From Candidatus Woesearchaeota archaeon (GTDB lineage Archaea > Nanobdellota > Nanobdellia > Pacearchaeales > GW2011-AR1): 64,000 nucleotides of DNA. A program made the position numbers and the translations under genes. Positions 1-10,924 of this stretch are shown here, one piece after another. The DNA is taken from assembly GCA_964516745.1 (NCBI GenBank), contig CAZEYD010000004.1:7972-71971 (forward strand). The letters are read 5' to 3'. Numbering within the stretch: position 1 is the stretch's first letter; each line of letters starts with the position of its first letter. The notes under the pieces were generated by a model that was not told the DNA's origin, ran no database searches, and saw only the letters and a list, made by a program, of their open reading frames with translations.

Positions 1-9
1 GATGCAATT

Positions 10-594
10 TTGGCAGAAGCCGAAAAATTACATATTGCAAATAGGCCGTATGTTTTAATTCAACCCTCCTTTAATAGTCGTGATGGTGGAAAGATAAAGT
101 CACGTTCTGGTAGAGAACTTAATGCTGAAGTTGTCAATGTTACTGAAAAAGGTTGGCTAGAGAAATTTAGTGAATTGATAAGAAAAAATACTTGGATTGC
201 AATTGATGAATTTTTTATGTTTCCTTATTCTACTGAGTCCCCCTATTCTATTATAGATATAATTCGTTTTTATGGAAGAGATAGGCTAATTAATATTTCA
301 TCTTTGAATTTAGATTTTAGGGGAGAACCGTGGCCTATAATTAAAGATTTATTTCCTTTTGCCGACGATGTTAAGGTCTGCGAAGCCGTTTGTTCAAATT
401 GTGGAAAAGTGGCTACAAGGACACAGAGATATACAAAAGGTGATAATGGAATATGGTGTCCATCGTCTTTTAGTGAGCCTGTTTTAGTTGTTGAGGGAGT
501 GAAAAATTATAAATATGGTGCGGCTTGTAAGTTTCATCATTTAGTTGGAGAGACTCCTCCATTAAAAGTACCGTTTTTCTTTAATCTTTCTTAA
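10..594 (+). CDS. tdk: Thymidine kinase (probably 5'-partial at the window edge)
   Basis: Walker B-like IAIDE, LDFRGEPW, Zn-binding CSNC...C/H and C-terminal Y-x-A-x-C. The P-loop is not in the window. Confidence 0.85.
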   Translation: MAEAEKLHIANRPYVLIQPSFNSRDGGKIKSRSGRELNAEVVNVTEKGWLEKFSELIRKNTWIAIDEFFMFPYSTESPYSIIDIIRFYGRDRLINISSLNLDFRGEPWPIIKDLFPFADDVKVCEAVCSNCGKVATRTQRYTKGDNGIWCPSSFSEPVLVVEGVKNYKYGAACKFHHLVGETPPLKVPFFFNLS

Positions 595-667
595 TGCAGA
601 ATATACAAAAGGTTTTTAAAGGAAGTTTTTTATATTTTTCTAGAGATAAAAGTTCTGAATATAAAAC

Positions 668-862
668 ATGCATATTTTACAACCAAAACAAAAAAAACTT
701 GACGGAAAAGAAGTGGAAAGAGTCTTGAATGAGTTTAATATTGGGTTGACTCAGTTGCCTAAAATTTCGTTAAAGGATGCTGGCTTACCGGAAGGTTGTA
801 TTAAAGGCGATGTTGTTGAAATTAAAAGGGAGGATGAAACCTATTATAGGGTTGTCGTATAA
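668..862 (+). CDS. rpoH: RNA polymerase subunit H (Rpo5)
   Basis: HILQPK, LPKI and GDVVEIKR...YYRVV motifs; first gene of the rpo cluster. Confidence 0.95.
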   Translation: MHILQPKQKKLDGKEVERVLNEFNIGLTQLPKISLKDAGLPEGCIKGDVVEIKREDETYYRVVV

Positions 863-3800
863 ATGGAAAATAATCATATTCTAGTAAAAAATTATTTAGA
901 GAATCATTCTTTGGTTGAATCTAATATTAGATCGTTTAATGATTTTATTGAAAATAAAATGCAAAAAATCATTCAAGAATTATCAGATTCAATTCCTACA
1001 GAAGATTTTGAAATTAAGTTAGGGAAGATTGTTGTTGAAAAACCAAACATTATAGAATCTGACGGTTCTAAAAAGTTGATTACTCCTGCTGAAGCTCGTT
1101 TGAGAAATTTGACTTATTCTGCTCCTATTAAATTAGATATGACTATTAATTATGCAGGTCAGGCAGAAAGTGCTACTGTTGATTTAGGTAGAATTCCTAT
1201 TATGGTTAAAAGTAGAGTTTGTAATTTGGATGGTTTGAGTGCAGAAGAACTTATTGAAAATTATGTTGATCCAAGAGATACAGGTGGATATTTTTTAATT
1301 AATGGTAATGAGAGAATCATGATTATGGCTGAGGATTTGGCAAGTAATCAGACATTTATTGAATTTCAATCAATTAAGAAAATTTTAATGTTGAGATTGT
1401 TTTCTCAAAGAGGATCTTATAAAATCCCAATGGCTTTAGTAGAAAATACTGAAGGTATTTTAGAATTGAATTTTTCGAGATTTAGAGATATTCCTGCTAT
1501 TATATTATTGAAGGCCTTAGGTTTGGAATCAGATGCTGAGATTTCTAAATTAATTGGGAAAGAAACAGACAGTTTGATAGTTAACTTTTATGAATTTGCT
1601 TCTATTTCAAATCAAAATGATGCTCTAATGTGGATTGCTGAAAAAAATTCTTTACAGGGGACGACAAAAGAGATTCTAGAAAGAGTTAGTCAAAGAATAG
1701 ATGCATATTTTTTACCTCATATTGGATTAGATGAAAAAGCTAGAATAGAGAAAGCTAAGACACTTTGTAAATTTGTTAAGCAGTATTATGTTGCGAAAGA
1801 GAGTCCTAAGACATCTCTTACTGATAAGGATCATTATGGTAATAAGAGAATTAGGTTATCGGGAGATTTGTTGTCTGATTTATTTAGAGTAAATATGAAT
1901 ATTTTATTAAGGGAGATTCAACATTCCTTACAGAAAACAGTAAAGAGAAGAAAATTTTATTCTATAAAGACTTTAGCAAAATCTACATTGTTTTCTCATA
2001 GAGTAGAGTCTGCAATTGCTACTGGTTCTTGGATTGGTGAACGAACTGGTGTTACTCAGAACATGGATAAGAATAATTCCTTTGCTATGATGAGTCAATT
2101 ACAGAGAGTTACCTCTAATTTGTCGTCTGAGACTGGTGAAAATTTTGCAGCTAGAACAGTTCATCCAACTCATTATGGTCGATTTTGTCCAGTAGAGACT
2201 CCTGAAGGTAGTGAAATTGGTTTAAGGAAAAATTTAGCTATTTTAGCTAGAATTTCTAATGTTGTTAATATGTCTGATGAAAAGATATTAGGAATTTTAA
2301 AAAATATTGGATTAAAAGATGAAGAAGGACTTGTAGATGTTTTCTATAATGGTATTTTTGTAGGAACTGCTGATGATGTTGAGGAGTTTTTGATAAAAGT
2401 TAAAGCACAAAGAAGAACTGATAATTTGCCACTTGAAATGTCTATTAAATATGATAAAGCATTAAACACTATTTTTGTTAGTAGTGAAGTTGGTAGGGTT
2501 TTGAGACCATTAATTATTGTTGAAGATGGACAATCTAAGTTAAAACCTGAACATTTAGAAATGGTTAAACAGGGGAGTTTATCTTGGGACGATTTATTTA
2601 AACAGGGTTTCTTGGAGTATTTAGATGCTGGTGAAGAAAATGATTGTTTAGTTTCTATAGATGAAGAGAGCTTGACAGAGAAACATACACATCTAGAAAT
2701 AGATAAGATTGATGTTTTAGGTGTTAGCGTGGCTATGATACCATTTGCTAATCATAATCCTCCTGCTCGTTTAGTTAAAGGTGGTTCTAGAGCATATAGG
2801 CAGGGGTTAGGAATATATGCCGCAAATTATTTAGTTAGAATGGATACTGATGTTTCAATTTTACATTATCCTCAAAGACCGATTGTTAGAAGTTTTATTT
2901 ATGATACATTAAACGTTCATCCTGTAGGTCAGAATGTTGTTGTTGCTGTTATGCCGTTTGAAGGTTATAATATTGAAGATTCTGTCGTTTTAAATCGAGG
3001 TGCTGTTCAGAGAGGAATGGGTAGGAGTACTAGATTTAGGCCATATAGCTCTATTGAATTACATTATGCTGGTGGTTTGCGTGATGATATTTGTATTCCT
3101 GAAAAAGATGTTTCTGGTTATAGAACTGAAGAAAGTTATAGATATTTAGAAGATGATGGAATTGTATTTCCAGAAGCTAGTTTACTTCAAGGTGAAGTTA
3201 TTATTGGAAAAATATCACCACCAAAGTTTTTAAGTGAAGCAAGAGAAATCTCTATTCAAAATAAAAAAGAGAATTCTACGGCTATTAGACAAGAAGAAAC
3301 TGGTGTTGTTGATTCTGTTTTTATTACTCAAGACAAAGAAGGAAATAGAATTGTGCAGATTAGAACTAGAGAATTAAGAACACCTGAGTTGGGAGATAAG
3401 TTTTCCTGTCCTCATGGTCAAAAAGGTGTTGTTGGAGCGATTGCGCCAGAAGAGAATATTCCCTTTACTGGTAATGGTATAACTCCTGATATTATTTTTA
3501 ATCCCCACGGTATTCCTTCTCGTATGACTATGGGTTACGTTATGGATATTTTGGCTGGTAAGTTAGCAGCTTTATCTGGAAAAATTATAGATGCTTCTCC
3601 TTTTTCTGGAGAATCGCTAAGTAGTTTAGAAGATAATTTAAAAAAATTAGGTTTTAGACCAAATGGTAAAGAAATCTTTTATCATGGTGTTACGGGACAA
3701 AGGATGCCTATAAAGATTTATGTTGGTAGTATGTTTTATTTGAAATTGAAATATATGGTTGCTGACAGAATGCATGCAAGAGGAACAGGAAAAGTAGCAT

Positions 3801-4123
3801 TGTTAACAAGGCAACCTATTGAAGGTAGATCTCGTGGTGGTGCTTTAAGATTGGGAGAAATGGAGCAACAAGCTTTAGTTGGTCATGGTGCCTCTTTGTT
3901 GTTAAAAGAAAGATACGATTCTGATAAGGTTGTATTTTATGTTTGTTCTAAATGTGGTGGTTTAGTGATTGATGATCAAATTCATAAGAAGAGAGTTTGT
4001 AGTTTATGTCATTCGAATCAAGTTGAACCAGTCGAGGTTTCATATGCATTTAAGTTGTTGGTAGAGGAGTTACAAGGGTTACATTTATTAACTAAATTTA
4101 AGCTAAAAAACAAATACGAATAA
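863..4123 (+). CDS. rpoB: RNA polymerase subunit B (Rpo2), unsplit
   Basis: GYFLINGNER, CPVETPEG, GDKFSCPHGQKG, RLGEME and C-terminal Zn ribbon. Confidence 0.98.
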   Translation: MENNHILVKNYLENHSLVESNIRSFNDFIENKMQKIIQELSDSIPTEDFEIKLGKIVVEKPNIIESDGSKKLITPAEARLRNLTYSAPIKLDMTINYAGQAESATVDLGRIPIMVKSRVCNLDGLSAEELIENYVDPRDTGGYFLINGNERIMIMAEDLASNQTFIEFQSIKKILMLRLFSQRGSYKIPMALVENTEGILELNFSRFRDIPAIILLKALGLESDAEISKLIGKETDSLIVNFYEFASISNQNDALMWIAEKNSLQGTTKEILERVSQRIDAYFLPHIGLDEKARIEKAKTLCKFVKQYYVAKESPKTSLTDKDHYGNKRIRLSGDLLSDLFRVNMNILLREIQHSLQKTVKRRKFYSIKTLAKSTLFSHRVESAIATGSWIGERTGVTQNMDKNNSFAMMSQLQRVTSNLSSETGENFAARTVHPTHYGRFCPVETPEGSEIGLRKNLAILARISNVVNMSDEKILGILKNIGLKDEEGLVDVFYNGIFVGTADDVEEFLIKVKAQRRTDNLPLEMSIKYDKALNTIFVSSEVGRVLRPLIIVEDGQSKLKPEHLEMVKQGSLSWDDLFKQGFLEYLDAGEENDCLVSIDEESLTEKHTHLEIDKIDVLGVSVAMIPFANHNPPARLVKGGSRAYRQGLGIYAANYLVRMDTDVSILHYPQRPIVRSFIYDTLNVHPVGQNVVVAVMPFEGYNIEDSVVLNRGAVQRGMGRSTRFRPYSSIELHYAGGLRDDICIPEKDVSGYRTEESYRYLEDDGIVFPEASLLQGEVIIGKISPPKFLSEAREISIQNKKENSTAIRQEETGVVDSVFITQDKEGNRIVQIRTRELRTPELGDKFSCPHGQKGVVGAIAPEENIPFTGNGITPDIIFNPHGIPSRMTMGYVMDILAGKLAALSGKIIDASPFSGESLSSLEDNLKKLGFRPNGKEIFYHGVTGQRMPIKIYVGSMFYLKLKYMVADRMHARGTGKVALLTRQPIEGRSRGGALRLGEMEQQALVGHGASLLLKERYDSDKVVFYVCSKCGGLVIDDQIHKKRVCSLCHSNQVEPVEVSYAFKLLVEELQGLHLLTKFKLKNKYE

Positions 4124-7100
4124 TGGAAGTTGTAAAAAAACAAATAAAGTCAATGGATTTTCAATTATTGAGTCCTGAACAAGTGAAGAAGTTAAGTGTA
4201 GCTAAAATTGTTACACCTGAACTTTATGATGTTGATGGTTATCCTGTAGATGGTGGTTTAATGGATTTAAGATTAGGTGCTGTAGATCCTGGTGTTAGAT
4301 GTAGGACTTGTGGTGGTCGGTTGAAAGAATGTTTAGGTCATCCTGGTATAATTGAATTAGCTCGTCCATTGGTTCATATTAAATATATTCCAATTATTGA
4401 TATGGTGTTAAGAAGTACTTGTGAAGCTTGTGGAAAAGTATTAATTAAAGATAAAAAGTTTTTAGATAAAGAATTAAAAGATAGAATTAAAAAAGCTAAG
4501 GATGGGAAAAAATGTCCTCATTGTAGTATTATTCAGGAAAAAGTTAAGTTAGAAAAACCATCTACATTTAGAGTTGGTAGGAGGAGATTATTTCCTTCAG
4601 AAATAAGAGAAAGATTGGCGAAAGTACCTGCTGAAGATTTGAAGATTTTAGGAATAAATGCTGAGACTTTAAGGCCGGAATGGGCAATTCTGACATCATT
4701 ATTAGTACCACCCGTAACAGTAAGACCTTCTATTACTTTAGAATCTGGTGAAAGAAGTGAAGATGATTTGACTCATAAATTATCTGATATTATTCGAGCT
4801 AATCAGAGACTTTGGGAGAATTTGAATGCTGGTGCACCTGAAGTTATTATCGAAGATTTATGGGATTTATTACAATATCATATTACAACTTTCTTTGACA
4901 ATTCTATTGCAAAGGTTCCTCCTGCTAGACATAGAAGTGGTCAACCATTGAAGACAATAACAGAAAGGATTAAAGGTAAAGAAGGGCGTATCAGGAAAAA
5001 TTTAGCTGGTAAAAGAGTTAATTTTTCTGGTAGAACAGTTATTTCTCCCGATCCAAAATTGAAAATTAATGAAATTGGAATCCCATTAGCTGTTGCAAAG
5101 GTAATAACGGTTGTTGAAAAAGTTACAACGTTAAATATTGAACGATGTAAAAAATTAATTTTAGCAGAACAATATCCTGGAGCAAATTATATTGTTAGAC
5201 CGGATGGAAGGAGAAAAAGAATTACAGATGAATTAAGAGAGAGTATTGTTGAAGAGATTGAGCCTGGTTATGTTGTAGAAAGGCATTTAATTAATGGAGA
5301 TATTGTTTTATTTAATCGTCATCCCTCTTTACATAGAGCGAATTTAATGGCTCATTATGTTAAAGTTTTAGATGGTAGAACATTCAGAATGCATCCTGCA
5401 TCTTGTAATCCATATAATGCAGATTTTGATGGTGATGAGATGAACATACATGGTCCTCAAAATGAAGAGGCAAGGGCAGAGGCAAAAGTATTATTAGATG
5501 TGAACCAAAATTTATTTTCACCAAAAAACGATACTAATTTGATGGGTTGTATTGATGACGCATCTACTGGAAATTATTTATTAAACAGAGCTTCTGTAGA
5601 TAAAGCTGAAGCATCTCAATTATTGTATTCTTCTGGAGCTGAAGATATTTCAGTTCATAAAATGAATACAGGTGCTGATGTTTTTAGTGGTGTTTTGCCT
5701 AAGGGATATAAGGATATGACTCCTTTAGGATTTAGAAAAGGTAGTGGTGATGATTTAAAAATTCTTGATAAAAACATTGGGAGAGATGAAACAATGGAAG
5801 TGTTAAGAAGGGTGTTTGCTCTGGGTGTTACTTTTTTATCTCGTAATGGGTTTACTGTCTCTGTGGAGGACTTAGATGTTGGCGAGGATGTTAAGAAGAA
5901 AACAAAGAAAGTTTTGTTAGAAGCTGATAAAAAGACACAAGAGGTTATTGAATCTTATTATAATGAAACTTTAGAATTATTACCAGGTAGGACTTCAGAA
6001 GAGACTAGAGAAATTAAAATTTTACAAATTTTGAATGGTGTTAGATCTGTATTGGGTGACGTTGTAACTAATAGTGTTTCTGAAGATAATAATGTTAATA
6101 GTATGATTACTGCTAAAGCTAGGGCTAGTATGCTTAATGTTACTCAGATGGCTTGTTCTGTTGGTCAACAGGTGTTGAATGGTCGTAGAATAGATTTTGG
6201 ATATACTGAAAGAACATTACCATTCTTTGAAAGAGGAGATTTGTCTCCGAAAGCACATGGATTTATCAATAGTTCATTTATGGAAGGTATGGATCCTGTA
6301 GAGATGTTCTTTGGTGCGATGACAGGAAGAGATGGTCTTATGGATACTTCACTTAGGACACCTAAGTCTGGTTATCTTTATAGAAGATTAGCAAATGCTT
6401 TACAAGATTTGATTGTAGCTTATGATGGGACTGTTAGAGATGCATCTCAGAATATTGTTCAATTTGTTTATGGTATTGATGGTTTTGATATTTCTGGTGC
6501 TCATAAAGAAGAGAAGGTAGCTTCTGGTGAAGCAATTGGTCTTATTACTGCTCAAAGTTTCGGTGAATCTTCTACTCAAATGGTTTTGAATACATTTCAT
6601 ACTGCTGGTGTGGCTGAAGTTCAAGTTACGACAGGTCTTCCTCGTTTGATTGAGATTTTAGACGCAAGAAAATTACCTAAAACTCCAGCTATGGAAATAT
6701 TCTTAGATGCCGATCATAATAATGAAAAAGATGTAAGAGTTATTGCTGAGAAATTGAGGGAAGTGACTTTGAGAGAGATTATGTCTGATATTTCTATTGA
6801 TTTTGCTACAAAGGCGATAAGGATTGGTATTAATTCTAAAGCTTTACGTAGTGCTCATATAACATTGGATACTGCTGTTGTTGTTTTGAATGATAAAGGA
6901 TTTGATGCAAAAATAAAAGATGGTATGATTGTTTTAGAAATGGATAAAGAAGATTTTAAAACAATTTATAAAACGAAAGAAAAAATCAAAAATGTTATTT
7001 TATCTGGAGTTAAAAAGATTTCACAGGTTTTAGTTGTTAAAAGAGGAAAAAATTATATTATCTTAACTTCTGGTTCTAACTTAAAAGAAGTTTTGAATTT

Positions 7101-7536
7101 CAAAGGTATTGATAGCGATAAAGTAATAACAAATGATGTTCATGAAATTTCGAATGTTTTAGGAATTGAAGCTGCTCGTAAATCTATTATTAATGAAATT
7201 GAAAAAGTTATTAATTCTCAAGGTCTAGATGTGGATAGAAAACATTCTATTCTCGTTGCTGATACTATGACGGCTTCAGGAATTGTAAAAGGTATTACTA
7301 GAATGGGTATTATTGGTGATAAGAGTTCTATTCTTGCAAGGGCATCTTTTGAAACCCCTGTTAAACATTTTGTTCAAGCGACAAAAACAGGTAGATCAGA
7401 TAAAATAGCCTCTGTAATTGAAAATATTATTTTGAATCAACCTGTTCCTGTTGGAACTGGATTGCCAGGGTTGCTTGTTAAGGTTACAGGTTCTTTAGCT
7501 AACAAAAATAAAAAATCTAAGGATAGTAAGGAGTAA
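4123..7536 (+). CDS. rpoA: RNA polymerase largest subunit, fused A'+A'' (Rpo1N+Rpo1C)
   Basis: Catalytic NADFDGD, bridge helix SGYLYRRL, then A'' motifs AQSFGESSTQMVLNTFH and ARASFE in one ORF. Confidence 0.97.
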   Translation: MEVVKKQIKSMDFQLLSPEQVKKLSVAKIVTPELYDVDGYPVDGGLMDLRLGAVDPGVRCRTCGGRLKECLGHPGIIELARPLVHIKYIPIIDMVLRSTCEACGKVLIKDKKFLDKELKDRIKKAKDGKKCPHCSIIQEKVKLEKPSTFRVGRRRLFPSEIRERLAKVPAEDLKILGINAETLRPEWAILTSLLVPPVTVRPSITLESGERSEDDLTHKLSDIIRANQRLWENLNAGAPEVIIEDLWDLLQYHITTFFDNSIAKVPPARHRSGQPLKTITERIKGKEGRIRKNLAGKRVNFSGRTVISPDPKLKINEIGIPLAVAKVITVVEKVTTLNIERCKKLILAEQYPGANYIVRPDGRRKRITDELRESIVEEIEPGYVVERHLINGDIVLFNRHPSLHRANLMAHYVKVLDGRTFRMHPASCNPYNADFDGDEMNIHGPQNEEARAEAKVLLDVNQNLFSPKNDTNLMGCIDDASTGNYLLNRASVDKAEASQLLYSSGAEDISVHKMNTGADVFSGVLPKGYKDMTPLGFRKGSGDDLKILDKNIGRDETMEVLRRVFALGVTFLSRNGFTVSVEDLDVGEDVKKKTKKVLLEADKKTQEVIESYYNETLELLPGRTSEETREIKILQILNGVRSVLGDVVTNSVSEDNNVNSMITAKARASMLNVTQMACSVGQQVLNGRRIDFGYTERTLPFFERGDLSPKAHGFINSSFMEGMDPVEMFFGAMTGRDGLMDTSLRTPKSGYLYRRLANALQDLIVAYDGTVRDASQNIVQFVYGIDGFDISGAHKEEKVASGEAIGLITAQSFGESSTQMVLNTFHTAGVAEVQVTTGLPRLIEILDARKLPKTPAMEIFLDADHNNEKDVRVIAEKLREVTLREIMSDISIDFATKAIRIGINSKALRSAHITLDTAVVVLNDKGFDAKIKDGMIVLEMDKEDFKTIYKTKEKIKNVILSGVKKISQVLVVKRGKNYIILTSGSNLKEVLNFKGIDSDKVITNDVHEISNVLGIEAARKSIINEIEKVINSQGLDVDRKHSILVADTMTASGIVKGITRMGIIGDKSSILARASFETPVKHFVQATKTGRSDKIASVIENIILNQPVPVGTGLPGLLVKVTGSLANKNKKSKDSKE

Positions 7537-7775
7537 TGATGAGTGTTAAAGAAATAAAAGATGCAATTGAAAATAAAAATATTTATTTTGGAGTAAAAGA
7601 ATCTATTAAACATAAAAAAGATGTAAAAACTGTTTATGTTGTTAAGGATGCTCGAGAATCAACATTGGAAAAGCTGAATAGTGCAAAGATAACTTATAAA
7701 TCTTTGAAAACTAAAAAGGAAATGGTTAAATTGTTGAATTTGGATTTTTTATCTGAGGTTTTTTCTATTAAGTAA
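7536..7775 (+). CDS. rpl30e: Ribosomal protein L30e-like (divergent, shortened)
   Basis: Canonical position between rpoA and nusA; L7Ae/L30e-like GVKESIK helix. Confidence 0.65.
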   Translation: MMSVKEIKDAIENKNIYFGVKESIKHKKDVKTVYVVKDARESTLEKLNSAKITYKSLKTKKEMVKLLNLDFLSEVFSIK

Positions 7776-7776
7776 G

Positions 7777-8199
7777 ATGGCTAGAACAATTGATATGCAA
7801 CAAATGAGGTATATTAATCTTTTTTCGAAGGTGTCTAAGATAGATCCAGAATCTTCGTTTAAATATAATGGTCAATTAATTTTTTTGGTTTTAAAGAAAT
7901 TAGTATCTCAAGCAATAGGTAAAGATGCTAGTAACGTAAAAAGAATGAGTAATATAATGGGAAAGAGAGTTAAAATTATTGCTTTTCCAAATAGGGTTGA
8001 TGAAAAACAAATGTCAAACTTTATTGAAAGATTGGTTAGTCCAATTGAATTGATGAAAGTAGAGTTGAAAGATGATTCAGTAATTATCAATGCGACAAGA
8101 GTTAGTAAAGCTAATTTGATTGGTCGTAATCGAGTTAAGGAGCAAGAATTAAATAAAATACTAAAAGATTTTTTTGATTTAAATTTAAAGATAATCTGA
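7777..8199 (+). CDS. nusA: Archaeal NusA (KH domains)
   Basis: AIGK and LIGRN KH motifs; conserved synteny. Confidence 0.9.
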   Translation: MARTIDMQQMRYINLFSKVSKIDPESSFKYNGQLIFLVLKKLVSQAIGKDASNVKRMSNIMGKRVKIIAFPNRVDEKQMSNFIERLVSPIELMKVELKDDSVIINATRVSKANLIGRNRVKEQELNKILKDFFDLNLKII

Positions 8200-8243
8200 T
8201 AAAGGGAAATCTTTTTAAATCAATTTTATTAAATAATAATACA

Positions 8244-8666
8244 ATGGGAATGTCAAACGCTAGAAAAATATCGAAGAAGAAAAAAATATTTAGAGATAGT
8301 AGGTTGCCTGATAAGAAAAGACGTCTTGGAATTATTTTAAAATATGATCCATTAGGTAGATCTAGTCAAGCTCGTGGTATTGTTGTTAAAAAAATGCAAA
8401 AAGAAGCAAAGCAACCTAATTCAGCTATGCGAAAGTGTTGTAGGGTTCAATTGATACGTTCTGGGAAAGAAGTTTCTTGTTTTATTCCTGGTAATTTAGC
8501 TCAAAAGTTTATTGATGAACACGATGAAGTATTGATTGAAAGAATTGGTGGTAAACAAGGAAGAACTAAGGGTGATTTGTCTGGAGTTCGTTTCCAAGTT
8601 ATTAAAGTAAATGATCAACCTTTAGAAAGATTATGGCAAGGTAAGATCGAGAAAGGTAGAAGATAA
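8244..8666 (+). CDS. rps12: Ribosomal protein S12 (uS12)
   Basis: EAKQPNSAMRKC and IDEHDEVL motifs. Confidence 0.97.
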   Translation: MGMSNARKISKKKKIFRDSRLPDKKRRLGIILKYDPLGRSSQARGIVVKKMQKEAKQPNSAMRKCCRVQLIRSGKEVSCFIPGNLAQKFIDEHDEVLIERIGGKQGRTKGDLSGVRFQVIKVNDQPLERLWQGKIEKGRR

Positions 8667-9265
8667 TGGTCGTAGAAATGAAGGTTTTTGGTTTGTTCGA
8701 TGCTAGTGAGGTTAAAATTCAAGATCCATCTTTGAAAAGAGTTGTAAATATTAATCCCAAATTAATGTTAAAAAGTCATGGAAGAATTAAGTGGGATCCC
8801 TCTAAATCAAAAGTTAATGTTGTTGAGCGGTTAATTAATTTGTTACAAGTTCCTGGTTCTCGAGGGAAAAAACATAGAATTATTACTTCTTGGATTACTG
8901 GGAAACAATCTAGATGTACAAATATAGTGATTGATGCCTTTAAAATTATTGAGAAAAAGACAAAGGAAAATCCATTACAAGTTTTTATTAAAGCAATCGA
9001 AAATGGTTCACCTAGAGATGAAGTCGTTGCTGTTGAATATGGTGGAGCTAGATATCCTCAAGCTGTTGATGTTTCTCCTAGAAGAAGATTGAATTTAGTG
9101 TTACGTTTTATTACTAATGGTGCTTATGATAAGGCTTTTAATAAAAAAGCTACAATGACTGAAGCTTTGGCTAAAGAAATTATGTTAGCTGCTGATAACT
9201 CTGGTGAAAGTCATGCTATTTCTAAAAAGAATGAAGTTGAGAAGCAAGCTGATGCTGCTAGGTAG
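8666..9265 (+). CDS. rps7: Ribosomal protein S7 (uS7)
   Basis: AVDVSPRRR and C-terminal EKQADAAR; overlaps the rps12 stop. Confidence 0.97.
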   Translation: MVVEMKVFGLFDASEVKIQDPSLKRVVNINPKLMLKSHGRIKWDPSKSKVNVVERLINLLQVPGSRGKKHRIITSWITGKQSRCTNIVIDAFKIIEKKTKENPLQVFIKAIENGSPRDEVVAVEYGGARYPQAVDVSPRRRLNLVLRFITNGAYDKAFNKKATMTEALAKEIMLAADNSGESHAISKKNEVEKQADAAR

Positions 9266-9298
9266 TTTTTTTAATTTGTAATTCTTTTGGTTTTTTTG
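9266..9298 (+). terminator. Oligo-T archaeal terminator region after rps7
   Basis: T7, T4 and T7 tracts directly after the stop codon. Confidence 0.5.
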
Positions 9299-9389
9299 AT
9301 GATTTGTTCAAAGGAAAGTCTTTACGATTATCGGATGAATAATTAATTAGAACAATAACCTTTAAAATAATTCATTGTATTGTTATTCT

Positions 9390-10319
9390 ATGATAGATGT
9401 TAATGAGGTAAAACAAAAAATTATTAAATATTTAGAAGAGAATGGATTTAGTTTGCCTGTTAGAATTGCTAAATCAATTGAATTGGAACCTGTTTTCACT
9501 TCTGCAATATTGTCTGAGTTGATTAATTCTCAAAAAATCAAATCTACTAATTTTCGATTGGGCGCGTCTTTTTTCTATTTTTTAGATGGTCAGGAAAGTG
9601 GCTTTGAGGAGATTGGAAATGAATACCTGAAAGGAGTTGAGAAGGAAGCATTTTTATTGTTAAAAAAAGAAAAGGTGTTAAAAGATAATGAACAGCCTCC
9701 GGCTATTCGTGTTGCGTTGAGATCTTTGAAGGATTTTGCTATTCCGTTTAAACATGAGGATGAAATTTGTTGGCGTTATAGTTTAATTTCTAAAGATGAT
9801 ATTGAAAAACAAATGGGAAATAAAGATTCAAAACAACTTAATTCGAATGATGAATTAAAGAACGTCGAGGATAAAAAGGAAGATGTAGAAAGTAATGATA
9901 ATGAACCAAAAAATGATAAACAGAATACTGATACTTTTGAATCACCGTTTCAATCCGATAAAAAAATAAAGAAAGATGAGTCTGAAAATAAAATAAATGA
10001 TAAAACTGTTTTTCTAGAAGATGTTAAAGAATTTTTAAGAAATAAGGAATTAAGATTATATGAGATAGTGGAAGAAAGTCGTAATGAAATTGTGGGTAAA
10101 GTTAAAATTAATAGCGATTTTGGGGAAATTGTTTTTTTAGTAGTAGCCAGAAATAAGAAAAGCTTATCCGATGCTGATGTTTTGTTAGCAAATAGTAAAG
10201 CTGCCGAATTTAGAGTTCCATTGTTTTTAATTAGTAAGGGTAAACCTAACAAAAAAGCTCAAGGAGTTATTGACGAATACTCTAACTTGATTAAGTTCGA
10301 AGAGATAAAAAGTTTATAA
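9390..10319 (+). CDS. Hypothetical protein: N-terminal winged-helix-like region, acidic linker, C-terminal alpha/beta domain
   Basis: Long ORF; ATG 9390 follows a TTTAAAA box; N-terminus KIIKYLEENG.SLPVRIAK looks like an HTH. Confidence 0.6.
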   Translation: MIDVNEVKQKIIKYLEENGFSLPVRIAKSIELEPVFTSAILSELINSQKIKSTNFRLGASFFYFLDGQESGFEEIGNEYLKGVEKEAFLLLKKEKVLKDNEQPPAIRVALRSLKDFAIPFKHEDEICWRYSLISKDDIEKQMGNKDSKQLNSNDELKNVEDKKEDVESNDNEPKNDKQNTDTFESPFQSDKKIKKDESENKINDKTVFLEDVKEFLRNKELRLYEIVEESRNEIVGKVKINSDFGEIVFLVVARNKKSLSDADVLLANSKAAEFRVPLFLISKGKPNKKAQGVIDEYSNLIKFEEIKSL

Positions 10320-10370
10320 AAAGAGATTAGTAACCACAATACTTATAAATCATATTTTTATCAAATTATC

Positions 10371-10586
10371 ATGGGAAGAATTAAAACTACATTAATAAAA
10401 AGAACTTCGAGACAATTGATAAGTAAGTCTCCAGAATTATTTACAGAAATTTTTGATGAAAATAAAAAAGTTCTTGGAAATACTTTGTCTAGTAAAAAAG
10501 TAAGAAATAAAGTAGCCGGATATGTTGGTAGACTTAAGAGACAAACGGAAAAAATAATTGAGAGTGAAGAAAATGAAGGTAAATAG
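10371..10586 (+). CDS. rps17e: Ribosomal protein S17e
   Basis: MGRIKT...F.ENKK...SKKVRNKVAGYV signature. Confidence 0.95.
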   Translation: MGRIKTTLIKRTSRQLISKSPELFTEIFDENKKVLGNTLSSKKVRNKVAGYVGRLKRQTEKIIESEENEGK

Positions 10587-10866
10587 TGACGATAATATTA
10601 TTTTAGTTGGCGGTAAACCATTCATGAATTATGTTACGGGTGTAATTATTCAATTTACTACTAAAGAAGCTAAAGAGGTTATTGTCAAATCGAGAGGAAA
10701 ATTTATTTCTAAAGCTGTTGATATTGCTGAAGTTGCTAGGCGAAAATTTTTAGTCGATCTAAAAGTTTTTATTAAAGATGTTAAAATTGCGTCTGAAGAA
10801 TTTGAGGGAGAGGAAGGGAAAAATATTTCTGTTTCTACTTTAGAAATCACGATGGCAAAGGAATAA
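10573..10866 (+). CDS. albA: Chromatin protein Alba
   Basis: VGGKPFMNYV, KSRGKFISKAVDIAE and VSTLEI motifs; ATG 10573 preferred as start. Confidence 0.95.
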   Translation: MKVNSDDNIILVGGKPFMNYVTGVIIQFTTKEAKEVIVKSRGKFISKAVDIAEVARRKFLVDLKVFIKDVKIASEEFEGEEGKNISVSTLEITMAKE

Positions 10867-10924
10867 ATTATATATTTTTGAGGTTAACCAAAACCCTTAT
10901 ATAACCTAAACTATATTTCATAAT

